6,937 nucleotides of DNA from a virus (Duplodnaviria > Heunggongvirae > Uroviricota > Caudoviricetes), in the IMG/VR virus record IMGVR_UViG_648276648_000006; one strand, 5' to 3'. Below the pieces are notes generated by a model. It was not told the DNA's origin. It worked only from the letters and a program-made list of their open reading frames with translations, and searched no databases. Made by a program: the position numbers and the translations under genes. This document shows, in pieces, positions 1 to 6,937 of this stretch; the stretch's first letter is position 1; every line of letters begins with the position of its first letter.

Positions 1-1
1 A

Positions 2-259
2 GCCGGATTACTGGCATCAACAGGGAGCACAGGCGACTCGTATGACAACGCGATGGCTGAGAGCATCAATGGTCTTTACAAAGCGGAGGTAATACACCGT
101 AAGAGCTGGAAAAACCGTGCAGAAGTGGAACTGGCCACACTCACGTGGGTGGACTGGTATAACAATCGACGATTGCTGGGAAGGCTGGGCCATACTCCTC
201 CGGCAGAAGCAGAAAAAGCTCATTATGCTTCCATCGGAAACAATGATCTGGCAGCCTGA
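2..259 (+). CDS. IS3-family transposase OrfB (DDE integrase core), C-terminal fragment; 5' end outside window
   Basis: Frame from position 2 translates to AGLLASTGSTGDSYDNAMAESINGLYKAEVIHRKSWKNRAEVELATLTWVDWYNNRRLLGRLGHTPPAEAEKAHYASIGNNDLAA, stop TGA at 257-259. The SYDNAMAESINGLYKAE...WYNNRRLLGRLGHTPPAEAE stretch is the conserved C-terminus of IS3-family (IS629-like) OrfB. Confidence 0.9.
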   Translation, partial: AGLLASTGSTGDSYDNAMAESINGLYKAEVIHRKSWKNRAEVELATLTWVDWYNNRRLLGRLGHTPPAEAEKAHYASIGNNDLAA

Positions 260-276
260 GTTCACAGATAAAACAC

Positions 277-301
277 TCTCCAGGAAAATCGGGGCGGTTC
301 A
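277..301 (+). repeat. Right terminal inverted repeat of the IS3-family element (approximate extent)
   Basis: Lies between the transposase stop (259) and the element terminus ...GGTTCA (301). The exact IR length cannot be set without the left end. Confidence 0.45.
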
Positions 302-868
302 GACGGCGATATTACAGCGACCGTAACCTTTGCCGGACTGGACTGGGAATCAAAGGCCGATGATACGAATTTTATCAAAGGCGAACCTGTGGATAGTGCA
401 GGAAAGCTACGTTATTCGTTTAAGGAGGTTTCAGCAGTAAGCCTGAATGGTGTTGCCGGAGGTAACGGTTTTTGTATCGACAGTTTTGATATTCAGTTCG
501 ATAACAAACTCCAGACACAGCGTTGTATCGGGACTGGCTCGCCTTATGCAGGAGCAAATATTCCGACTACTTTTACACCGTCCGGTACGGTGACGCTTTC
601 ATGGTCTAAAGCCGCGTGGGAAATCTGGAGTAAAACACTGACTGGAGAAACAGTTCCGTTCAGCTTCACGCTTTCGAATGGAGAGGGGGCATACACTTTC
701 AGTTTCCCGAAGGTTCAGGTGTCAGGTGAATGGCCTGATGGGGGTAATAGCGACATTATCCAGGTTCAATTGAGCATTACCGCAGCAGATGAAGCACCTA
801 CGATAACCAGAAAAAAAAATTCCCCGGCTGCCGTGATCGCAAAAGCCAGTGCTGAGGCGATTAGTTGA
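302..868 (+). pseudogene. Phage major tail (tube) protein gene, 3' portion only; 5' part displaced by the IS insertion
   Basis: Frame is open from the IS junction to TGA at 866-868 (internal GTG at 389 is the ORF-track start). Translation DGDITATVTFAGLDWESKADDTNFIKGEPVDSAGKLRYSFKEVSAV...FSFPKVQVSGEWPDGGNSDIIQVQLSITAADEAPTITRKK... is protein-like. It sits directly upstream of the G/G-T chaperone pair, where lambda-like phages place gene V. No native start or RBS exists downstream of the IS. The functional name is inferred from position, not from recognised sequence identity. Confidence 0.6.
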
Positions 869-916
869 TTTTCCGTTATTCCTCCTGTGGTACTGCCCTA
901 CAGGGGGACGCATTGA

Positions 917-1378
917 ATGAGGTTATGGATGTTTATTCTTAATCAGAAAATTATCATTGGTGGAGAACGCTGGTTTACGCCAATGAAGGACTTAAAACCT
1001 GTAGACGGGTTAAAACTGTTGGTGGCAAGCAGCGATAACGATCAGTATCGCTCCCGTAATGCATTAATCCGTCGCCACATTGAGAAAATGGATGCCAGTT
1101 TGCACGTCGGAACGAAGGAGTTTGATATTTCAAAGGTTTCCGAGGTGGATTCTGTTGATGATTTACTCATTGATAATGCCGCTCGTTATCTGCTGAAAGA
1201 CTGGAAAGGGGTTGGTGAACTGGTTAATGGTGTTGAGGTTGCACTGGAATATACGGCAGAACGAGGGATCGCGCTGCTCAAGCAGAATCCAGAGTTGTAC
1301 TGGCAGATCCTTGCAGAAGCAGCCAGCATCGCCCAGGGTAAAGAGCAGCAGAAGCAGGATACGATAAAAAAGCCATAG
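917..1378 (+). CDS. Tail assembly chaperone, gpG-like
   Basis: 153-codon ORF between the tail tube gene and the tape measure gene. GGGGGA at 903-908 is a Shine-Dalgarno 8 nt upstream of ATG 917 (alternative ATG at 929). Ends in a slippery heptamer followed by an open -1 frame, the hallmark of G/G-T chaperone pairs. Confidence 0.65.
   Translation: MRLWMFILNQKIIIGGERWFTPMKDLKPVDGLKLLVASSDNDQYRSRNALIRRHIEKMDASLHVGTKEFDISKVSEVDSVDDLLIDNAARYLLKDWKGVGELVNGVEVALEYTAERGIALLKQNPELYWQILAEAASIAQGKEQQKQDTIKKP
1366..1372 (+). promoter_or_regulatory. Candidate programmed -1 ribosomal frameshift site (slippery heptamer A_AAA_AAG)
   Basis: A AAA AAG in the G zero frame (codons AAA 1367-1369, AAG 1370-1372), 2 codons before the G stop (TAG 1376-1378). 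The -1 frame is open from 1342 to 1686. Confidence 0.6.
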
Positions 1379-1686
1379 CTGCCCAGCGGTGGTTATCGGA
1401 GTTCGGGGGAGAAAGGGGGGAAAAGGCAAGATGGAAGCGAGAAAAACTCAGGTTGCCACCGATACCGGAACCAGAAATAGACCCGGTGCTTAAGGAGTTG
1501 TTGTACGCCTATTCGGTAATATCCCGTGCCCGACGTTATGCTGGAATGGCTGGGGTGCCTTTGCCTTTATCTCTGACAGAGATAAATGAATATTTAGCCA
1601 CTCATCCGGTATTGATTGAGCGCGATGAATTTGAAGCAGTGATCTTTGCACTGGATGACCAGTATTTTCAGGAGCAGTGTGTGTAG
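1369..1686 (+). CDS. T-like extension of the tail assembly chaperone, expressed as a G-T fusion by -1 frameshifting (not independently initiated)
   Basis: The -1 frame relative to G reads ...AIAAQRWLSEFGGERGEKARWKREKLRLPPIPEPEIDPVLKELLYAYSVISRARRYAGMAGVPLPLSLTEINEYLATHPVLIERDEFEAVIFALDDQYFQEQCV, stop TAG 1684-1686. No ATG start: the ORF-track start at 1453 is TTG. Position immediately upstream of the tape measure gene matches the conserved G/G-T arrangement. Confidence 0.6.
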   Translation, partial: KAIAAQRWLSEFGGERGEKARWKREKLRLPPIPEPEIDPVLKELLYAYSVISRARRYAGMAGVPLPLSLTEINEYLATHPVLIERDEFEAVIFALDDQYFQEQCV

Positions 1687-1806
1687 TTGTTAATTACGTA
1701 CACTCTGTTACAGAGATGTGATGGTGTCTTTAATTAAATCGATGATGCTCCTGGAGAAAAGCATTGCGTGGCCTCGTAATCGCTATATCTACTATTATGT
1801 CGCCTG

Positions 1807-1830
1807 AAACCCACTTCGGTGGGCTTTTTG
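1807..1830 (+). terminator. Candidate intrinsic terminator or stable RNA hairpin in the T-H spacer
   Basis: CCCAC (1810-1814), loop TTCG (1815-1818), GTGGG (1819-1823), then C and TTTTT (1825-1829). This is a 5-bp GC stem with a UUCG tetraloop followed by a U-tract, flanked by AAA/TTT that could extend the stem. Confidence 0.4.
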
Positions 1831-1849
1831 TTGTCTGGAGTTTTAATAA

Positions 1850-4800
1850 ATGGCAGAGCAAACCTCGCGTCTCGCAATAATTATTGATAGCACTGGAGCA
1901 AAAAATAATGCTGACAATCTGACCTCCTCATTAGTCAAAATGACGCAGGCCGGGGAAACTGCTGCAAATAGCGCAGGGAAAGTGACTAAGGCAACAGAAG
2001 ATGAGAAGAACGCGCTCGCAAAATTAAAAGCAGCTATTGATCCAGTTGGTGCCGCAATTGATACTGTCGGTCGACGCTATTCTGAATTAAAGAAATTTTT
2101 CGATAAAGGGCTTATTGATAAAGAAGAATATGAATTTCTTGTCCGTAAACTTAATGAAACCACAGAGGAATTGAGCGGGGTTGCGCAAGCGCAGAGAGAA
2201 GCCGAGAAGGCCGGAAAACTTGCTGCCGCCCAGCAGGAATCGCAGGCTCAGGCCTTTCAAAGAATGCTGGACAAGATCGACCCTCTGGTTGCGGCGCTAA
2301 GAAATCTTGAACAACAGCAGGATGAACTTAATGCTGCGTTTGCATCCGGGAAAATAAATGGTTCTCAGTTTGAGAATTATAGCCGAAAAATACAGGAAAC
2401 ACGGCGAGAGCTTACCGGAGAGGCTCAGGCAGAGCGAGAAGCAGCAAAAGCGCATGATGAACAGGTTGCTGCTTTGCAACGTCTGATTGCTCAACTTGAC
2501 CCTGTCGGAACTGCTTTTAATCGTCTGGTAGAACAACAGAAACAGCTCAATGAAGCAAAAGCTAAGGGGATGCTCTCTCCTGAAATGTATGAGGAACTTT
2601 CTGGAAAACTTCGTGCTATGCGGAGTGAGCTTGAGGTTACTCAATCTCAATTAAGCAAAACCGGAATGTCGGCAAAACAAACGGCTTTTGCTATGCGCAT
2701 GTTGCCTGCACAAATGACGGATATTGTTGTTGGGTTGTCCACTGGTCAGTCGCCTTTTATGGTGTTAATGCAGCAGGGCGGCCAGCTAAAAGATATGTTC
2801 GGTGGGATTGGCCCGGCGATCAAAGGTGTTGGTTCTTATGTGCTGGGATTAATTAATCCTTTTACCCTGGCCGCAGCAGCCGTTGGCGTCTTAGGGCTGG
2901 CTTACTATAAAGGCTCTCAGGAGCAGGACGAATTTAATAAATCTCTTATTCTTACCGGAAATCAGTTGGGGACAACCAGCGGGCAATTGGCCGATATAGC
3001 TCAACGTGCCGGGAATGCGGCTGATTCGACAACTGGCGCTGCGGCGGCAGTATTAAACCAGCTTGTGCGTTCGGGAAAGGTAGCGAGCAGTTCGCTGGAG
3101 CAAGTGACGACAGCGATAGTAAAAACGAGCGAAGTAACAGGAATATCAACCGAACAACTGGTTAATGACTTCAATGAAATTGCAAAGGATCCTGTCAGTG
3201 CCATATCAAAACTTAATGATCAGTACCATTTTCTGACAATTGCGACTTATAACCAGATTAAGGCGCTACAGGATGAAGGGAACCAGCAGGAGGCCGCCCG
3301 CATTGCGACAGAAGCATACTCATCCTCAATGATCCAGCGCACCAACCAGATTAAAGAAAATCTTGGTTATCTTGAGACTGCATGGAAAGCTGTCGCAGAC
3401 TCCGCAAAATGGGCATGGGATTCCATGCTGGATATTGGCCGTGAGGCCTCCCTTGATCAAAAAATCTCAGATGTTCTCCGTCAAATTGATGAAATAGAAA
3501 AAAATACCCGACCCGGAGTTTTCGGGTTAGGTGGCATTGGAGATGGCGGAGCTCAAAATAAAAGGCTGGCACGATTAAAGCAGCAATTGGGCGTACTTCA
3601 AGCAGAAAAAATTGCTCAGGACGTACTAAATTCATCAATAAACGATTACAACAAGCGACAACAGGAAGGAATTGAACTCAGACAGAGAGCAGATGCCTTT
3701 TCAAAACAATATCAGACCCGGGAGCAGCAGAGAGCTAGTGAACTTGCAAAACTGGAAAAACTAAAGAGTCAGTATTCAAAGGAAGAATATAATAATCTTA
3801 TCGCTCAAATAAATGAGCGTTATAAAGATCCAAAGCAACCAAAGGCGAAAGGTTATTCGGATGATGCTGCCCAACGAATGATTGATCATCTGAATCAACA
3901 GAATGCGTTACTAAGTTCACAAACTGAATTAACCGTTAAATTAAGTTCCTCTGAACAGGAACTGGTTAAGTGGCGTCAGCAGATTGCCGACCTGGAGTCA
4001 CGACCGTCATCGAAATTAACCAAGGATCAGAAATCGCTTCTCTTACACCGGGAAGAAATAACCGCGTTGATGGAGAAAAATGTTGCGATTGAAAAAAATA
4101 ACAGGCTAATCAAGGAATCCGCCGAAATAGCTGCATGGCGTGATTCATTGCAGGCTTCGATTGATAATCGTCAACAGGGGTATGATATTCAGATTGCTGG
4201 TTATGGGGTTGGCGATAAAAATCAGCAACGCCAGCAGGAATTACTGCGGATTGAACGTGAATATAACAATCAGCGTCTGCAACTTGAACGTGACTATGCA
4301 GATAAATCCCGTGGGATGTCAAATCATGTTTTTCAGGAGAAAATGCAGGCTCTGAATGATGCTCTGGAACGAGAAAAAGAAATTGTCAGACAGAAAAACG
4401 AGCAGCTCGATATTCAGGCAGGAGACTGGGTTAGTGGTGCCTCCCAGGGATTCAATAACTGGCTGGATGACACTAAGGATATCAGTGAGCAGATAAAATC
4501 AACCACGACTCAGATGTTTGATGGAATGACCGATGCGCTGGGTGATTTTGTCACGACAGGCAAGGCAAATTTTCGTTCTTTCGCTACTTCCGTGATTTCG
4601 GATCTTAGTCGAATAGCATTAAAGGCTTCAATTACTCGGATTTTCGACAGCATTAGTAACAGTTCTTCGGGGGGGATTTTAGGAACTATCGGGAGTGCTA
4701 TTAGTAAATTTATTCCGAATGCAAAGGGCGGTGTTTATGAGTCTCCGTCATTGAACACGTATTCGAACGGTATTTATGATTCCCCGCAATTTTTTGCTTT

Positions 4801-5083
4801 TGCAAAAGGGGCTGGTGTTTTTGGTGAGGCTGGTCCGGAAGCCATTATGCCATTAACACGAACTTCCGATGGTTCTCTTGGTGTCAGAGCTATTAATAGT
4901 AAAAGTGGTAATGGAGGCGGAGATATTACCTATGCCCCTGTATACCAAATCACTATTCAAAATGACGGCCAGAATGGAGAGATTGGCCCTCAGGCAATAA
5001 AAGCACTTATGGGGATGGTTGATCAGCGGGTGCAGGGCAATCTGTTAAATATGCGACGTGATGGGGGAATGTTAAGTGGCTAA
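1850..5083 (+). CDS. H: Tail length tape measure protein (lambda gpH family), 1077 aa
   Basis: GGAG at 1837-1840 upstream of ATG 1850. Translation contains ...[41 protein letters not shown]... and C-terminal ...[20 protein letters not shown]...[10 protein letters not shown], matching lambda gpH motifs (MRMLPAQFTD...GGQSPWLILLQQGGQVKDSFGG; ...NNDGTNGQIGPAALKAV...MRDGGLFSG). Long coiled-coil-like, Q/E/K-rich central region is typical of tape measure proteins. The stop overlaps the M start. Confidence 0.95.
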   Translation: MAEQTSRLAIIIDSTGAKNNADNLTSSLVKMTQAGETAANSAGKVTKATEDEKNALAKLKAAIDPVGAAIDTVGRRYSELKKFFDKGLIDKEEYEFLVRKLNETTEELSGVAQAQREAEKAGKLAAAQQESQAQAFQRMLDKIDPLVAALRNLEQQQDELNAAFASGKINGSQFENYSRKIQETRRELTGEAQAEREAAKAHDEQVAALQRLIAQLDPVGTAFNRLVEQQKQLNEAKAKGMLSPEMYEELSGKLRAMRSELEVTQSQLSKTGMSAKQTAFAMRMLPAQMTDIVVGLSTGQSPFMVLMQQGGQLKDMFGGIGPAIKGVGSYVLGLINPFTLAAAAVGVLGLAYYKGSQEQDEFNKSLILTGNQLGTTSGQLADIAQRAGNAADSTTGAAAAVLNQLVRSGKVASSSLEQVTTAIVKTSEVTGISTEQLVNDFNEIAKDPVSAISKLNDQYHFLTIATYNQIKALQDEGNQQEAARIATEAYSSSMIQRTNQIKENLGYLETAWKAVADSAKWAWDSMLDIGREASLDQKISDVLRQIDEIEKNTRPGVFGLGGIGDGGAQNKRLARLKQQLGVLQAEKIAQDVLNSSINDYNKRQQEGIELRQRADAFSKQYQTREQQRASELAKLEKLKSQYSKEEYNNLIAQINERYKDPKQPKAKGYSDDAAQRMIDHLNQQNALLSSQTELTVKLSSSEQELVKWRQQIADLESRPSSKLTKDQKSLLLHREEITALMEKNVAIEKNNRLIKESAEIAAWRDSLQASIDNRQQGYDIQIAGYGVGDKNQQRQQELLRIEREYNNQRLQLERDYADKSRGMSNHVFQEKMQALNDALEREKEIVRQKNEQLDIQAGDWVSGASQGFNNWLDDTKDISEQIKSTTTQMFDGMTDALGDFVTTGKANFRSFATSVISDLSRIALKASITRIFDSISNSSSGGILGTIGSAISKFIPNAKGGVYESPSLNTYSNGIYDSPQFFAFAKGAGVFGEAGPEAIMPLTRTSDGSLGVRAINSKSGNGGGDITYAPVYQITIQNDGQNGEIGPQAIKALMGMVDQRVQGNLLNMRRDGGMLSG

Positions 5084-5408
5084 TACGGAAGAATTTCACT
5101 GGTTACCAGAGGATGGAATGAAAACAGAAAATAAACCATCGATAAAAACTGTAAGATTTGGCGATGGTTATGAGCAACGAAGTCCAAATGGACTTAATCA
5201 TTCTCTGCGCGTTTTCACCTGTGATTTCAAAGTTGAGGCGAATGAACGTGATTCATTTGAAAAATTTTTAGCCCGGCATGAAGGCTATAAATCTTTTTTT
5301 GGCGCCCGCCTGGTATTAACAGAAAAATCAGAGTGGTGTGTCGAACGTGGTCAGCGACAGAACATATCACCTATACCGATTTTTCGTGTCAGTTTGACGA
5401 AGTGGTGA
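5076..5408 (+). CDS. M: Minor tail protein M (lambda gpM family), reading frame disrupted near the 3' end by an apparent 1-nt deletion in a T7 run
   Basis: GTG 5076 follows an in-frame TAA and overlaps the H stop by 8 nt. N-terminal part ...[35 protein letters not shown]...[14 protein letters not shown] matches lambda gpM (FRWKVKPGM...VRKVRFGDGYSQRAPAGLN...FLEEHGGWKSF). After the T-run at 5294-5300 the gpM-like C-terminus ([39 protein letters not shown]) is in the other frame and stops at TGA 5411-5413. Confidence 0.85.
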   Translation: MANTEEFHWLPEDGMKTENKPSIKTVRFGDGYEQRSPNGLNHSLRVFTCDFKVEANERDSFEKFLARHEGYKSFFGARLVLTEKSEWCVERGQRQNISPIPIFRVSLTKW

Positions 5409-5412
5409 TCTG

Positions 5413-6111
5413 ATGCAGGACATACAACAGGAAACGCTGAATGAATGCATTCGTGCGGAGCAGTCGGCCAGCGTGGTGCTCTGGGAAATCGACCTGACCG
5501 AGGTAGGCGGGGATCGCTACTTTTTCTGCAATGAGCAGAACGAGAAAGGAGAGTCTGTCACCTGGCAGAGTCGGCAGTATCAGGCCTATCCCATTCAGGG
5601 GAGTGGATTTGAGATGAACGGCAAAGGTGCCAGTGCAAGGCCAACGCTGAAAGTCTCTAATCTGCACGGCATGGTCACCGGGATGGCGGAAGACCTGCAG
5701 AGTCTGGTCGGCGGAACGGTGGTCAGGCGTAAGGTTTACGCCCGTTTTCTGGATGCGGTGAACTTCGTCAACGGAAACAGTGACGCCGATCCGGAGCAGG
5801 AGGTGATCAGCCGCTGGCGTATTGAGCAGTGCAGCGAACTGAGCGCGGTCAGTGCCTCCTTTGTACTGTCCACGCCGACGGAAACGGACGGCGCTGTTTT
5901 TCCGGGGCGCATCATGCTTGCTAATACCTGCACCTGGACCTATCGCGGTGATGAGTGCGGTTATCACGGTCCGGCGGTCGCGGATGAATATGACCAGCCG
6001 ACATCCGAAATCACGAAGGATAAATGCAGCAAATGCCTGAGTGGCTGTAAGTTCCGCAATAATGTCGGCAACTTTGGCGGCTTCCTTTCCATTAACAAAC
6101 TTTCGCAGTAA
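5413..6111 (+). CDS. L: Minor tail protein L (lambda gpL), 232 aa
   Basis: Translation MQDIQQETLNECIRAEQSASVVLWEIDLTEVGGDRYFFCNEQNEKGE...CSKCLSGCKFRNNVGNFGGFLSINKLSQ is near-identical to lambda gpL as I recall it, with the same length. ATG 5413 overlaps the inferred true M stop (TGATG). Confidence 0.96.
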   Translation: MQDIQQETLNECIRAEQSASVVLWEIDLTEVGGDRYFFCNEQNEKGESVTWQSRQYQAYPIQGSGFEMNGKGASARPTLKVSNLHGMVTGMAEDLQSLVGGTVVRRKVYARFLDAVNFVNGNSDADPEQEVISRWRIEQCSELSAVSASFVLSTPTETDGAVFPGRIMLANTCTWTYRGDECGYHGPAVADEYDQPTSEITKDKCSKCLSGCKFRNNVGNFGGFLSINKLSQ

Positions 6112-6116
6112 ATCCC

Positions 6117-6860
6117 ATGACAGAGACAGAATCAGCGATTCTGGCGCACGCCCGGCGATGTGCGCCAGCGGAGTCGTGCGGCTTCGTGGTGAGAACGCCG
6201 GAAGGGGAAAGATATTTTCCCTGCGTGAATATCTCCGGTGAGCCGGAGGCGTATTTCCGGATGGCTCCGGAGGACTGGCTGCGGGCAGAAATGCAGGGTG
6301 AGATTGTGGCGCTGGTCCACAGTCACCCCGGTGCTCTGCCCTGGCTGAGTGAGGCCGACCGGCGGCTGCAGGTGCAGAGTGATTTGCCGTGGTGGCTGGT
6401 CTGCCGGGGGGCGATTCACAAGTTCCGCTGTGTGCCACATCTTACCGGGCGGCGCTTTGAGCACGGGGTGACGGACTGTTACACGCTGTTCCGGGATGCT
6501 TACCATCTGGCGGGAATTGAGATGCCTGATTTTCATCGTGAGGATGACTGGTGGCGTCACGGTCAGAATCTCTATCTGGATAATATGGAGGCAACGGGGC
6601 TGTATCAGGTGCCGTTGTCAGCGGCGCAGCCGGGCGATGTGCTGCTGTGCTGTTTTGGTTCATCGGTGCCGAATCATGCCGCTATTTACTGCGGCGACGG
6701 CGAGCTGCTGCACCATATTCCTGAACAACTGAGCAAACGAGAGAGGTATACCGACAAATGGCAGCGACGCACACACTCCCTCTGGCGTCACCGGGCATGG
6801 CACGTATCTGCCTTTACGGGGATTTGCAACGATTTGGCCGCCGCATCGACCTTCGTGTGA
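6117..6860 (+). CDS. K: Tail assembly protein K (lambda gpK family), with JAMM/MPN metalloprotease-like and NlpC/P60 domains
   Basis: Translation MTETESAILAHARRCAPAESCGFVV...EIVALVHSHPGALPWLSEAD (JAMM motif HxHx7Sx2D, His codons at 6318-6326)...GVTDCYTLF (NlpC/P60 Cys, about 6477-6479)...VPNHAAIY. Near-identical to lambda gpK as I recall it. Starts 5 nt after the L stop. Confidence 0.95.
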   Translation: MTETESAILAHARRCAPAESCGFVVRTPEGERYFPCVNISGEPEAYFRMAPEDWLRAEMQGEIVALVHSHPGALPWLSEADRRLQVQSDLPWWLVCRGAIHKFRCVPHLTGRRFEHGVTDCYTLFRDAYHLAGIEMPDFHREDDWWRHGQNLYLDNMEATGLYQVPLSAAQPGDVLLCCFGSSVPNHAAIYCGDGELLHHIPEQLSKRERYTDKWQRRTHSLWRHRAWHVSAFTGICNDLAAASTFV

Positions 6861-6937
6861 AAACGGGGCCGAAGCCATCCGGGCGCTGGCCATGCAGATC
6901 CCGGCGTTTCGTCAGAAACTGAGCGATGGCTGGTATC
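6758..6937 (+). CDS. I: Tail assembly protein I (lambda gpI family), N-terminal part; frame disrupted at a G4 run; 3' end outside window
   Basis: ATG 6758 gives MAATHTLPLASPGMARICLYGDLQRFGRRIDLRVKTG, matching the lambda gpI N-terminus, and overlaps K by 103 nt. After GGGG at 6865-6868 the gpI-like sequence AEAIRALAMQIPAFRQKLSDGWY continues in the +1 frame, while the starting frame hits TGA at 6920-6922. Confidence 0.85.

Larger units (their letters stand above)
1..301 (+). mobile_element. 3' portion of an IS3-family insertion sequence (IS629/IS1203-like), cut by the window edge
   Basis: Transposase OrfB reading frame is open to the window start. The element ends ...CGGGGCGGTTCA at 290-301, a terminal CA as expected for IS3-family ends. 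Unrelated phage tail coding sequence starts immediately at 302. Confidence 0.85.

Noticed and set aside
17-326. ORFs 17-265 (minus) and 117-326 (plus) over the IS end
   Set aside because: They overlap the well-supported transposase frame or run across the IS/phage junction. The 117-326 ORF reads through the IS terminus in a frame unrelated to either flanking gene.
811-819. A9 homopolymer inside the tail tube gene as a possible second recoding or frameshift site
   Set aside because: The current frame continues for 15 more codons to a stop and gives the longest product. The two alternative frames terminate within about 11 codons, so there is no downstream extension such as an Ig-like domain that a programmed shift would access. 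Noted only as an indel-prone tract.
1163-1429. 88-aa minus-strand ORF overlapping the G chaperone and slippery site
   Set aside because: It is antisense to the G/G-T region with no independent support and is likely a chance ORF.
2297-4355. Several 65-117-aa ORFs inside the tape measure gene (2297-2650, 2952-3149, 3001-3204, 3351-3638, 4110-4322 on the minus strand; 4140-4355 on the plus strand)
   Set aside because: All are embedded in the continuous 1077-codon tape measure ORF, are short, and have hydrophobic or low-complexity translations. They are best explained as chance ORFs.
5389-6438. 349-aa ORF on the minus strand spanning L and K
   Set aside because: It lies antisense to two strongly supported, lambda-like genes in a GC-rich segment. 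Its translation is low-complexity and Pro/Ala/Arg-rich, typical of an open antisense frame created by codon bias. No start context or homology signal is apparent.
5736-6893. Short ORFs overlapping L and K in other frames or on the opposite strand (5736-5933, 5852-6040, 6041-6241, 6132-6560, 6442-6663, 6496-6732, 6660-6893)
   Set aside because: All overlap the L and K reading frames that match lambda proteins. Their translations are Arg/Cys/Pro-rich low-complexity sequence characteristic of off-frame reads of GC-rich coding DNA.
1-6937. Search for CRISPR arrays, tRNA or other structured RNA genes, and defence or anti-defence cargo
   Set aside because: There are no direct-repeat/spacer arrays and no tRNA-like cloverleaf candidates. 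Every substantial plus-strand ORF is explained by the IS or by tail morphogenesis, and the only unexplained non-coding DNA is the 163-nt T-H spacer, reported separately as a low-interest finding. I cannot support a claim of a novel system in this window.

Overview
This window is the tail-morphogenesis module of a lambda-like (siphovirus-type) prophage, all on the + strand, with the 3' end of an IS3-family insertion sequence at its left edge. Gene order is: IS3-family transposase OrfB C-terminus and element end (1-301); a major tail (tube) protein gene whose 5' part is replaced by the IS (302-868); a gpG-like tail assembly chaperone (917-1378) with a T-like -1 frame extension reached through an A_AAA_AAG slippery heptamer (to 1686); a 163-nt intergenic spacer with a terminator-like hairpin; a 1077-aa lambda-H-family tape measure protein (1850-5083); gpM (5076-5408, frameshifted in a T7 run); gpL (5413-6111); gpK (6117-6860, JAMM/MPN plus NlpC/P60); and the start of gpI (6758 to window end, frameshifted in a G4 run). 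L, K and I closely match phage lambda as I recall it, while the tape measure and M are diverged and AT-richer, so the module looks mosaic. I found no defence or anti-defence cargo and no convincing undescribed system: every substantial + strand ORF is accounted for by tail assembly. What is worth a second look is the IS-disrupted tail tube gene, two homopolymer-associated frameshifts (prophage decay or sequencing error), the G-T recoding site, the repeat-expanded tape measure and the T-H spacer. All homology statements come from reading translations against remembered lambda and IS3-family proteins; no database search was run.
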